Source of the DNA: Candidatus Latescibacterota bacterium
GTDB lineage: Bacteria; Latescibacterota; UBA2968; UBA8231
DNA: 64,000 nt
Direction of reading: 5' to 3'
NCBI GenBank assembly: GCA_965242865.1
Contig: CBDETK010000013.1
Span: forward strand, 4,800,001-4,864,000
Each line of letters opens with the position of its first letter. Position 1 is the first letter of the stretch. Positions 1 to 8,317 of the stretch are shown in pieces. The translations under genes and the position numbers were made by a program. The notes beneath the pieces are model-generated. The model had not been told where the DNA came from. It did not search any database and saw only the letters and a program-made list of their open reading frames with translations.

Positions 1-849
1 AAACCAGCGGCCGGCCGGATGGGCGAATGTGCTCGCTGCTAGACATTTGAAGTGTTGACCCGATTTCTAGGGGATTGAAACTGCATTTCTTCAATCCGCC
101 GCGCTACATGAAGTTGGTCGATTTGAAGTGTTGACCCGATTTCTAGGGGATTGAAACCGCGATCGGTGCTTGGGACAACGGCGCGCTCTTGGCCGCATTT
201 GAAGTGTTGACCCGATTTCTAGGGGATTGAAACGCGTCACCCCGTCCGCATCCCGCGCCGGTGCGCGTTTGATTTGAAGTGTTGACCCGATTTCTAGGGG
301 ATTGAAACATGTGGACCCGGGCAGCGACAGGGTCATTCACGGGCAGGGATTTGAAGTGTTGACCCGATTTCTAGGGGATTGAAACTTGAAGTGCGTGCGG
401 CAAATCAGGCCGCCCGGGTGCTCTAATTTGAAGTGTTGACCCGATTTCTAGGGGATTGAAACACCCTGCATGGCGCGTGGAAACGAGGGGAACAATTCAC
501 GGATTTGAAGTGTTGACCCGATTTCTAGGGGATTGAAACCGCGCCAAAAGCGTCTTCAATCCGCTGCAAGTTCGTCTCAAATTTGAAGTGTTGACCCGAT
601 TTCTAGGGGATTGAAACCCGATAACCCATCCGACAACATCGCCAACACAAACGGATAAATTTGAAGTGTTGACCCGATTTCTAGGGGATTGAAACCCGAC
701 CGCGACCCTTACTGGGCAGCAAAACCGCCATCTGCATTTGAAGTGTTGACCCGATTTCTAGGGGATTGAAACCGAACCAACTACGCATCCTCGAATCGAA
801 ATCGGAAAATCCATTTGAAGTGTTGACCCGATTTCTAGGGGATTGAAAC
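1..849 (+). CRISPR. CRISPR array (distal part; continues left of the window). Repeat ATTTGAAGTGTTGACCCGATTTCTAGGGGATTGAAAC (37 bp)
   Basis: 11 identical full repeats start at 45, 121, 197, 272, 349, 426, 503, 581, 659, 736 and 813, plus a partial AAAC at 1-4. The 11 spacers are unique and 38-41 nt. The 3' ATTGAAAC end is typical of Cas6-processed class 1 repeats and gives the orientation; subtype is uncertain (type III/I-like). Confidence 0.99.
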
Positions 850-1460
850 GATTAGGGGGCGAACGCCTCGCTCAACACCTGTTCGGCGACGATGCCTTGA
901 CCTTGCTCGCAGAGAATGGCGGCGACACCCACTGGCGTCTGATCCACCTCGAAGCAACCCTCGCTATTGAGCGCGGCGATCCAGTGCTGCTGCCGCCCGG
1001 CCAAACGTGGGGCCAAGCCCTGACCGAGGCTCTCACCGCCGCGCTCGCCGCTCTCAAAGAGCCCCTCGGCGACGACATGCGCCAATGGCGTTGGGGCCGC
1101 TTGCATCGCACCCAACCCCAACATCCGCTCTTCGCGCTTTTCCCGGAGGCCGCTTCCTTCCTCGACCCCCCTTCGCTCCCGGTCCACGGCGATGGCGACA
1201 CGCCCCTCGCCGGCAGCTACGCCTTTGACGACTTCGCGGTTACGGGTCTTTCGGTCAACCGCTATGTCTTCGATCCCCCCGACTGGACCCGCTCGCGCTG
1301 GATCGCACCGCTGGGGGCCTCTGGCCACCCGGCCAGCCCGCATTACGCCGACCAAGCCCGGCTTTGGGCCGATGTGGAGTTTATACCTCAGTTGTGGGAT
1401 TGGCAGGAGATTGGCGACCGGACGGAGACGACGCAGTTCCTAGGGCCGCCGGAGAGGTAG
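850..1460 (+). pseudogene. C-terminal fragment of penicillin acylase (Ntn-hydrolase) family protein
   Basis: Motifs WRWGRLH, GDGDT, GASGHPASPHYADQARLW. There is no genuine start; the frame begins at the last CRISPR repeat. Confidence 0.85.
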
Positions 1461-1468
1461 TCCTAGCA

Positions 1469-1557
1469 CTTTCAGACCCATCTTCACACTAGGTGAACAG
1501 ACGCTCCTCATGCTGTTAAGCAGAGGAGATACATACGAAGTCACAAGGGCTTTCCGC
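1469..1557 (+). repeat. Duplicated fragment of the metalloprotease gene (copy of ~3482-3570)
   Basis: TTCAGACCCATCTTCACACTAGGTGAACAGAC...GGGCTTTCCGC is near-identical in both places. Confidence 0.9.
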
Positions 1558-1577
1558 TTTGCCCCGCGCCCTGTGCT

Positions 1578-1950
1578 GCGCCATAGCTTGTCCCGCGTAT
1601 CCACATCCACGAAAATGCCCTCGTCCTCAACGGGCACTTCCACAATATGGACTGGGTTTTTTGCTAAGACCGGCCGCGCTCCTCGGTCGCCCGTCAACGC
1701 GAGCAAGGCGGCTCGATAGACCCGGCCGATGGCCACGGGGTGGCCGCGTCGTCCAGCACACATCGGCACGGAGATCGCGCGTCTGCTTTTTAACGCCCCG
1801 GCGACCTTTTCCATCGTCTCCCCAGCGACCTGCGGCATATCCCCCAGTGCCAACAGATACCCTTGCTCGCCGGCGGCTGCTTCCACGCCCACTCTGATAG
1901 AGGCGGCCATCCCCGCGGCAAAATCTGGATTGTGTGCCAGCCGCACGGGG
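1578..1950 (-). pseudogene. Partial duplicate of mocA-like gene (copy of ~6707-7078)
   Basis: About 370 bp near-identical to the 3' half of the 6670-7284 gene; the N-terminal LAAG motif is missing. Confidence 0.9.
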
Positions 1951-1951
1951 A

Positions 1952-2093
1952 TCTGGTGACCTCAGTAGAGCAGACGAGTTGGGGTCGAATTAAAGCATCT
2001 CTTGGTCGTCGCTCTATACCAGCAAGCAGGGCCTATAAAGGCCGTTAGTAGAGGCTTCAAGCGGTTGGGATCGCGCCTCTAGTCAACACTCAT
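1952..2093 (+). repeat. Diverged copy of the SWG-tag coding tail plus downstream hairpin (copy of ~2995-3153)
   Basis: Encodes TSVEQTSWGRIK versus TSVEQTSWGQVK. Both copies share GGCCTATAAAGGCCGTTAGTAGAGGC...CTAGTCAACACTCAT. Confidence 0.85.
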
Positions 2094-2113
2094 ATCAGCG
2101 TTTTCTCGAAAAA

Positions 2114-2164
2114 ATCAGGTGATCACCTGATAAGAATCGGCGAAAAATCAGGTATTTACCCGAT
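2114..2164. promoter_or_regulatory. Two 18-bp palindromic operator-like sites upstream of the 2240 gene
   Basis: ATCAGGTGATCACCTGAT (2114-2131, perfect palindrome) and ATCAGGTATTTACCCGAT (2147-2164), 33 bp apart; -10-like TATCTT at ~2187. Confidence 0.65.
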
Positions 2165-2239
2165 ACAAAAGCCGGGCGGTGGTCGCTATCTTTGTAACAA
2201 AGGGGATGTAACGAGGTATCTTGATCATATGCTTAGGCC

Positions 2240-3064
2240 ATGAGGAGTCAGAAAATGGTACTTAAATGGATCGCATTGGGAGCCTTAGTTACAGGTAGTA
2301 TGGGCACTGCCCACGCCGAGGAAGGCGATTTCTTTCCGTTAGAAGTAGGCAACCGTTGGATATTTCAGAAATATAACTCAAACATAAAATACCCAGAAAT
2401 CGTCCGCCTTGAGGAGACTGCCTCAACGGAGGTAATTGGCCAAGTTCAGTTGAAGGATCAGTCGTATTTCGTCGTGCGACAGGACTGGAGTTGGCTTCTA
2501 CTTGATACGCTCTATCTGCGAGAAGCAGGAGCTCAAGTCTTTCGCTACATAGAGCAGCCAGACACCGTAGCGTTTGGTAGCCTAGCACAGAATTGGGACA
2601 GACCGGACCCGCACCCGCTGCACCCGCTAGACCCCAATCAGACGGATTGGTTGATGTATGACTTTGGGGCATCTCAAGGAACTTTTTGGGACTTACCTCT
2701 ACCAGAAGACACTCCTTTGTCATACGTGAATATATGGTGGGTACTCGTCAATGCCCGTTGGCCGGGCGATACCGATCCGCCGAATTCGGGGTGCTGTTGG
2801 AATATTCCTTTTCAATTAGCACCCTCTCAGAGGTTTTTTCGCTTTTCAGCAACGTCCTTTGCGGCGGAATGGGATGAAGTATTTGAGGTCGGGATAGGAC
2901 CGGTCTATATCACGCATCTTACAGATGAGACTGAGAGTTGGGACTTTGGCCTTCTCAAAGAAGCTCATATAGGCGGTCAAACCATCATAAGGGCTCTGGC
3001 GACCTCAGTAGAACAGACGAGTTGGGGTCAGGTTAAGACGTCTTTCGAGGGGAGGGTTAGGTGA
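2240..3064 (+). CDS. Secreted hypothetical protein with C-terminal TSVE..SWG.VK motif
   Basis: Signal peptide ending AHA; FFPLEVGNRW N-terminal motif; C-terminus ATSVEQTSWGQVKTSF. Confidence 0.75.
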   Translation: MRSQKMVLKWIALGALVTGSMGTAHAEEGDFFPLEVGNRWIFQKYNSNIKYPEIVRLEETASTEVIGQVQLKDQSYFVVRQDWSWLLLDTLYLREAGAQVFRYIEQPDTVAFGSLAQNWDRPDPHPLHPLDPNQTDWLMYDFGASQGTFWDLPLPEDTPLSYVNIWWVLVNARWPGDTDPPNSGCCWNIPFQLAPSQRFFRFSATSFAAEWDEVFEVGIGPVYITHLTDETESWDFGLLKEAHIGGQTIIRALATSVEQTSWGQVKTSFEGRVR

Positions 3065-3173
3065 TCGCTCCACGTCAGCCTAGCGGCCTATAAAGGCCGT
3101 TAGTAGAGGCTTCGAGCGGTTGGGAATCGTTCCGCGCCGCTAGTCAACACTCATCACCTATAAGGAGAAGAAA

Positions 3174-4863
3174 ATGAAACGGCAAATGCAGTTGATCATA
3201 GTGACCCTTCTTATATTAGTAGGGTCAGTGCCTCGTTTTGCTGAGACCTATGAACCTCAGCCCATTGAGACCATGATCGAGGAATCCGATCTCGTCGTGA
3301 TCGGCATGGTAGAGAAAACGTCTGTCTATGAAAATGAAAAAGGAGACGTTAGAAGGAAAACGACGATAAGCATTAAAGAGGGTCATCAAGGGTGGAGATA
3401 AAGACAGCGGTGAAACCATCGTCGTGGACCACCTTGAAGGGACCCCAGGATCAAAGGGCGGAGCAGTCGAGCAGTACTCCTACTTCAGACCCATCTTCAC
3501 ACTAGGTGAACAGACTCTCCTCATGCTGTTAAGTAGAGGAGATACATACGAAGTCACAGGGGCTTTCCGCGGTAAAATCGATATAACCGGAGATAAGGTA
3601 GAGGGAATCGATACTAATCTTACCGCCTTCAAAGAAGCCATAAAACGAGTCGATAGGAAGGAGGTCTCGCAGTTGGAAGTCGAGCTGGTTCCTATTGAGT
3701 ACCAGTTGGATAAGGTCCGTGCAGCAAGTGGAAAGCGTGCTGCGAAAGCCACCTCTGTAAGAGGGCTTCACTTGAATGGCCGATTTAATGCTCAGGTAAG
3801 GTCTCGCCATCACCCGCCACCTCTTACCATTACCTTCCACATCAATCCAGATGGTGCTATAGATGGAAATGGCAATCCGATCCCATTCAGTGACTTGAAA
3901 ACAGCCATGGATGCCTGTGTCGCCGAGTGGAATAGCATTGAAGATGGCCATATTAGGTTTCGAGTAGCCAGTACTTCGACCAACAGAAGGCGCAATCGAT
4001 CTGATTCGTGGAGTACGGTGACGTTTGAAGCTTTCGGGAGGCCAGGAGGTACCGCAGCTTACGCAAGTTATCCGCGAGTAATCGGTGGAGTGGTTGTCTC
4101 GGATATCTACCTCAGTACGCGCTACACTTGGACTACGTCTGCGACGTATCCAAGATCAAGTTCTTGGACCGTAGCTCAGCCCAAAGATTTCAGGGATGTG
4201 ATGACCCACGAGCTAGGTCATTCTACGGGGCTTGGACATAGCGATCGGACATACCGTAATAACACCATGTACTACACCTCGGTCAGAACGGCAACAAAGC
4301 GCCGTACGCTAGCATGGGGGGACAAGGCTGGCGGCGTCTATATGACTACATCACCCGGTAGAGCTGGAGACGGCGTTTTAGATTTTAACCAAGATTGGTC
4401 CGCCTTCACCGGTAGCAGCGAAGCAATCACCCTACACCAAGATATAACCGTTCCCTCGGGGAGAACGCTAACCATAGAGTCAGGTCTCTCCATCAATATG
4501 AATGGATATACGATCACATCTACAGGGGGCACAATTAACGGGAGAGTACCTGCCAAATCCGTAACTGTAACCAGTCCGCCCGCCGACCCAGCTACCCTAA
4601 GTGTTGCGCCCAATCCCTTTAACCCTTCTACAACCATTCGATTTAATCTCCCCCAGCCGATGGCGGTCTCCCTCTCGGTCTACGATCTGTTGGGGCAGCG
4701 AATCCGGACGCTTATTTCTAGCGAATATCGCCGAGCAGGGAATTACTCTGCGGTGTGGAACGGACGCGATCTATTGGGGCAACGGGCCGCATCGGGAGTC
4801 TATTTTATCAATCTTCATGCCGGTAAGCAACTATATCGAGAAAAACTGACTTTAGTGCATTGA
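3174..4863 (+). pseudogene. Secreted matrixin-like (M10 metzincin) metalloprotease with FlgD/T9SS-like C-terminal domain; frameshifted at ~3381
   Basis: RBS AAGGAG and signal peptide at 3174. Removing one G from GGG 3380-3382 gives IKEVIKGG.. in frame with 3424-4863. Zinc motif HELGHSTGLGH, Met-turn NNTMY, C-terminal PNPFNP...YDLLGQRIRTL...WNGRD..G...ASGVY. Confidence 0.8.
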
Positions 4864-4893
4864 ACTCAGGGCGTGGGGGAGGAGGGTGGCTTC

Positions 4894-5541
4894 TTAGAGC
4901 GGCTCGTCCTCCTCCATCAGTCCTTCTCTGATCGCGTACGCTGTCAATGCGGTCGCACTGTGCAAGTCGAGCTTATCCATTATGTGCTGGCGATGAGTGC
5001 TGATGGTCTTTTCACTCACGTGGAGTGCCTCGGCTATTTGCGCGGTTGTCTTTCCTTCGGCGACGCAGCGCAGCACCATGCGCTCGCGTGCCGTCAAGGG
5101 AGACGGTTTGCTGGGAATGGTAGCGTTATGTGCGTGACTGGCGACGATGGGGTTGGTCAATTGCGAACTCACGTACTCGCGGCCGGCCTGGACCTCCCAT
5201 AGTGCTTCTACCAACTCGTTGACGAAATTCGTTTTCAGCAGGTACGCCGATCCACCCGCCTCGAATAGGCCGTCCACAAAACGCTTGTCCGCGTGTTCCG
5301 ACAGCGCGACGAACTTCATACGCGGATACGTAGCCCGTATCTGGCGCGCCACCTCGATGCCGCTCAGATCGGGTAGCCCTATGTCCACGATCACAATGTC
5401 GGGTTGATAGGCAGCGATCAAGTCGATGGCCGTGCGACCATCGGCAGCCTCGCCGATTACCTCGATCCCGCTTTCTCGTTCGAGCTGCGCGTACAATACT
5501 TGGCGCACTATAGTGTGGTCTTCCACCAGAAAAACCTTCAT
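4894..5541 (-). CDS. NarL/FixJ-family DNA-binding response regulator
   Basis: Receiver domain (EDH, VDIGLP, YLLK) plus LuxR HTH (LTARE...IAEALHVSEKTISTHR). Confidence 0.95.
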   Translation of the reverse strand: MKVFLVEDHTIVRQVLYAQLERESGIEVIGEAADGRTAIDLIAAYQPDIVIVDIGLPDLSGIEVARQIRATYPRMKFVALSEHADKRFVDGLFEAGGSAYLLKTNFVNELVEALWEVQAGREYVSSQLTNPIVASHAHNATIPSKPSPLTARERMVLRCVAEGKTTAQIAEALHVSEKTISTHRQHIMDKLDLHSATALTAYAIREGLMEEDEPL

Positions 5542-6611
5542 GAGGAATGGCCCTCCTCTTCAGCCAAGGTACTCGGAAGCGTTATCAGGCAGCGCGTGCC
5601 TTTTCCGGGCGTCGATTCGATCGTCAAATGACCACCGATATGGAGCAGATGCTCTTGAATACTGAACAGACCGAAGTGATTGCCTTGGATCATCTGGTCC
5701 AGATGCGCGACATTAAAGCCCGCGCCCGCGTCTTCCACCACCACCTGCAACTGGTCTCCAGCTCGACGTAGGGAAACGGTGGCTTGGTCTGTGTTGGCGT
5801 GCCGGGCGACATTGACCAGTAACTCGCGAATGGACCTGTACACTAAGCCGCGTATGTCGTGGCTGTGTATTTCCCATTTATCCTCGACTTCCACGCGCAC
5901 GGTCAACCCGTTCTGGGAATGGATGAGGTCGCCGAGAGCCTCTAGGCCTGGTGCGAACCCTATGCCGTAGAGCACGGGCGAACTGCTGTCGAATGTCATG
6001 CCCCGGATGATGTGAGCCATCTCGTCAATTTTTTTCTCTAATGCATCAATCAAGGCTTCGCGCTCTGTGTCGTCAGCCTGCCGTAGTGCAGCGATATTGA
6101 CCTTCGACAGCACCAGCATCTGTCCGATGGAATCGTGGAGAGCACTCCCAAGGCACACCCGCTCGTGCTCTCTGTCGATTAAGAGCTTGGCCGCCAGCGT
6201 CTGCAACTTCTGGATATGTCTCTCCATGCGCTTGTGCTGGCTGATTTTGCGGATAACGCCTTGATAGTATATGGGGGTGCCGTCCGCGGCTCGCCAAATT
6301 GAGGCCGTTATTAGCGAATCGAAGTGGTGCCCGGTGCGGGTTCTAAACGTCGCGGCAAAGTCGCGCACGAACTCTTCCCGCTCAATCGCTTCCCGAAATC
6401 GCTCGTACTCGTCTAGACTTGTGCAGAGGCTGCGGATGTTCGATCCGAGCAAACCGGCGCGTTCGTAGGCAAACAGGACGTTGGCGGCCTTGTTGGCATC
6501 GACGATGGTCCCGTCCTGCTCGGCGATGACGAGAGCGTCGGGAGACGCTTCAAACAGGCCGCGATAGAGGGCCGGGGCGCGTCTCATTTTCTTTAGCTTG
6601 GGCTTGCACAT
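5538..6611 (-). CDS. Cytoplasmic PAS-domain sensor histidine kinase (HisKA_3 type)
   Basis: PAS domain (LFEASPDA..), LHDSIGQ H-box, ELLVNVARHA, EDAGAGF, FGL, GKGT. RBS AAGGAG precedes the ATG at 6611; stop overlaps the regulator start. Confidence 0.9.
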   Translation of the reverse strand: MCKPKLKKMRRAPALYRGLFEASPDALVIAEQDGTIVDANKAANVLFAYERAGLLGSNIRSLCTSLDEYERFREAIEREEFVRDFAATFRTRTGHHFDSLITASIWRAADGTPIYYQGVIRKISQHKRMERHIQKLQTLAAKLLIDREHERVCLGSALHDSIGQMLVLSKVNIAALRQADDTEREALIDALEKKIDEMAHIIRGMTFDSSSPVLYGIGFAPGLEALGDLIHSQNGLTVRVEVEDKWEIHSHDIRGLVYRSIRELLVNVARHANTDQATVSLRRAGDQLQVVVEDAGAGFNVAHLDQMIQGNHFGLFSIQEHLLHIGGHLTIESTPGKGTRCLITLPSTLAEEEGHSS

Positions 6612-6669
6612 AGATGCTCCTTTTATGAATTCGAGTGTCCTGCTGCTAGTCCCGCTAGCTGCTTCAAAA

Positions 6670-7284
6670 CTATGTCGGTGCTTCTTCCGCCGCCAACTCT
6701 TGCGCCGCGCCATAGCTTTCCCGCGTATCCACATCCACGAAAATGCCCTCGTCCTCAACGGGCACTTCCACAATATGGGCTGGGTTTTTTGCTAAGACCG
6801 GCCGCGCTCCTCGGTCGCCCGTCAACGCGAGCAAGGCGTCTCGATAGGCCCGGCCCATGGCCACGGGGTGGCCGCGTCGTCCAGCACACACCGGCACGGC
6901 GATCGCGCGTCTGTTTTTTAACGCCCCGGCGACCTTTTCCATCGTCCCCCCAGCGACCTGTGGCATATCCCCCAGCGCCACCAGATACCCTGTCTCGCCA
7001 GCGGTCGCTTCCACGCCCACTCTGATAGAGGCGGCCATCCCCTCGGCAAAATCTGGATTGTGTGCCAGCCGCACGGGGTAGCGGCTCAATGCTTCCTCGA
7101 CCGCTGCCCGCTGATGCCCGGTCACCACGACCACCTCCCCCAAACCCACCGCGCAAATTCGCTCCACCACGACTTGGAGGACGCATCGCTTCAGCCAAGG
7201 CAGCAGCAACTTATTGGCCCCCTCCATCCGCGCGGAACGCCCGGCCGCCAGTACGATCCCGCTAAGGTCTGGGAATTTGGTCAT
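6670..7284 (-). CDS. mocA: Molybdenum cofactor cytidylyltransferase-like nucleotidyltransferase
   Basis: LAAGRSARM..NKLL, GMAASI, LGDMP, GHPV, GDRGAR, DVDT; divergent from the molybdoenzyme operon. Confidence 0.85.
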   Translation of the reverse strand: MTKFPDLSGIVLAAGRSARMEGANKLLLPWLKRCVLQVVVERICAVGLGEVVVVTGHQRAAVEEALSRYPVRLAHNPDFAEGMAASIRVGVEATAGETGYLVALGDMPQVAGGTMEKVAGALKNRRAIAVPVCAGRRGHPVAMGRAYRDALLALTGDRGARPVLAKNPAHIVEVPVEDEGIFVDVDTRESYGAAQELAAEEAPT

Positions 7285-7311
7285 CCCAAATTGGCCCGGC
7301 CGGCTGTTCAA

Positions 7312-7341
7312 TTGACAAGGATAGACAGAATTTTTTAATAT
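7312..7341 (+). promoter_or_regulatory. Sigma70-like promoter of the cox-like operon
   Basis: TTGACA (7312-7317), 18-bp spacer, TAATAT. Confidence 0.55.
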
Positions 7342-7385
7342 CCATCGCGTCATCCGCTTCTGGCCCTCAACCACAGCATCGGCCC

Positions 7386-7820
7386 ATGCAGTTTGCAGGC
7401 TCTCATACCTTTAGTGCCCCGCGGCAAATCCTGTGGGACTTGCTCAACGACCCCGAGGTCTTGGCGCGCATCACGCCCGGCGTCGCCACCTTGGAGCAAA
7501 CCGGCCCCAGCCAATACCGAGCCGTGCTGCACATCAAAATGGGGCCGATCAACAGTCCCTTCAACGGGGCCCTGCAAGTCGTCGATAGCAAGGAGCCGGA
7601 GAGCTATCGCCTGCTCATCGATGTCGATGGCAAGATCGGCCAGATCCGGGCCGAAGGCCGCGTCCGGCTGGCCGACCAAGGGGGCGAGACCACAGTGGCG
7701 GTCGAGGGCGGGTCCCAGTTGACGGGCCGATTGGCGAGCATGGGCCAGCGCCTGCTCTCGGGCGTGGCGCGGATGTTTACCAACCAGTTTTTCAAGGCGC
7801 TGGAGCGCGAGATACCTTAA
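7386..7820 (+). CDS. coxG: CoxG-like SRPBCC protein
   Basis: APRQILWDLLNDPEVLARITPG, GRLASMGQRL. Confidence 0.85.
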   Translation: MQFAGSHTFSAPRQILWDLLNDPEVLARITPGVATLEQTGPSQYRAVLHIKMGPINSPFNGALQVVDSKEPESYRLLIDVDGKIGQIRAEGRVRLADQGGETTVAVEGGSQLTGRLASMGQRLLSGVARMFTNQFFKALEREIP

Positions 7821-7843
7821 TTCGAATTCGATAGGAGGCGACT

Positions 7844-8308
7844 ATGGCAGTAGCGATCAAGGTCACTGTCAATGGCCAAACCCACGAGCACGAGGTGGAG
7901 CCGCGCCTTATGCTCGTCAGCTATTTGCGCGAGGAGCTGGGCCTGACCGGCACCCACGTCGGCTGCGACACGAGCAATTGCGGTGCCTGCACCGCCATCG
8001 TCGATGGCCAAGCCGTCAAGGTCTGCACCATGCTCGCGGCGCAAGCCGATGGCGCGGACATAACGACCATCGAAGGGCTGGCGGCCAACGGCGCACTGCA
8101 TCCGTTGCAGGAAGCCTTCCGCGAGACCCACGGCTTGCAGTGCGGCTTTTGTACGCCCGGCATGATTATGGCCGCTTGGCAGTTGTTAGACCGCAATGCA
8201 ATGCCCAGCGACGCGGAGATCCGCCACGCGCTCGAAGGCAACTTTTGCCGCTGCACGGGCTACGACAACATCATTAAGGCGGTCAAACGCGCCGCCGAGA
8301 GTGCCTAG
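7844..8308 (+). CDS. coxS: CoxS-like 2x[2Fe-2S] subunit
   Basis: GCDTSNCGACT, QCGFCTPG, GNFCRCTGY. Confidence 0.92.
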   Translation: MAVAIKVTVNGQTHEHEVEPRLMLVSYLREELGLTGTHVGCDTSNCGACTAIVDGQAVKVCTMLAAQADGADITTIEGLAANGALHPLQEAFRETHGLQCGFCTPGMIMAAWQLLDRNAMPSDAEIRHALEGNFCRCTGYDNIIKAVKRAAESA

Positions 8309-8317
8309 GAGGCCGCT

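Noticed and set aside
91-340. ORFs across the CRISPR array
   Set aside because: They are translations of repeat-spacer units, not genes.
82-580. Two spacers share TCTTCAATCCGC, and one spacer begins TTGAAGTG like the repeat
   Set aside because: The matches are only 8-12 nt with unrelated flanks, compatible with chance. I saw no self-target in the window by eye.
2044-3150. Repeated GTT...AAC hairpins as integron attC sites
   Set aside because: The polarity is opposite to attC (RYYYAAC...GTTRRRY), there is no integrase, and local duplication explains them.
1578-7078. mocA duplicate as a DGR template/variable repeat pair
   Set aside because: Mismatches are not adenine-specific and there is no reverse transcriptase in the window.
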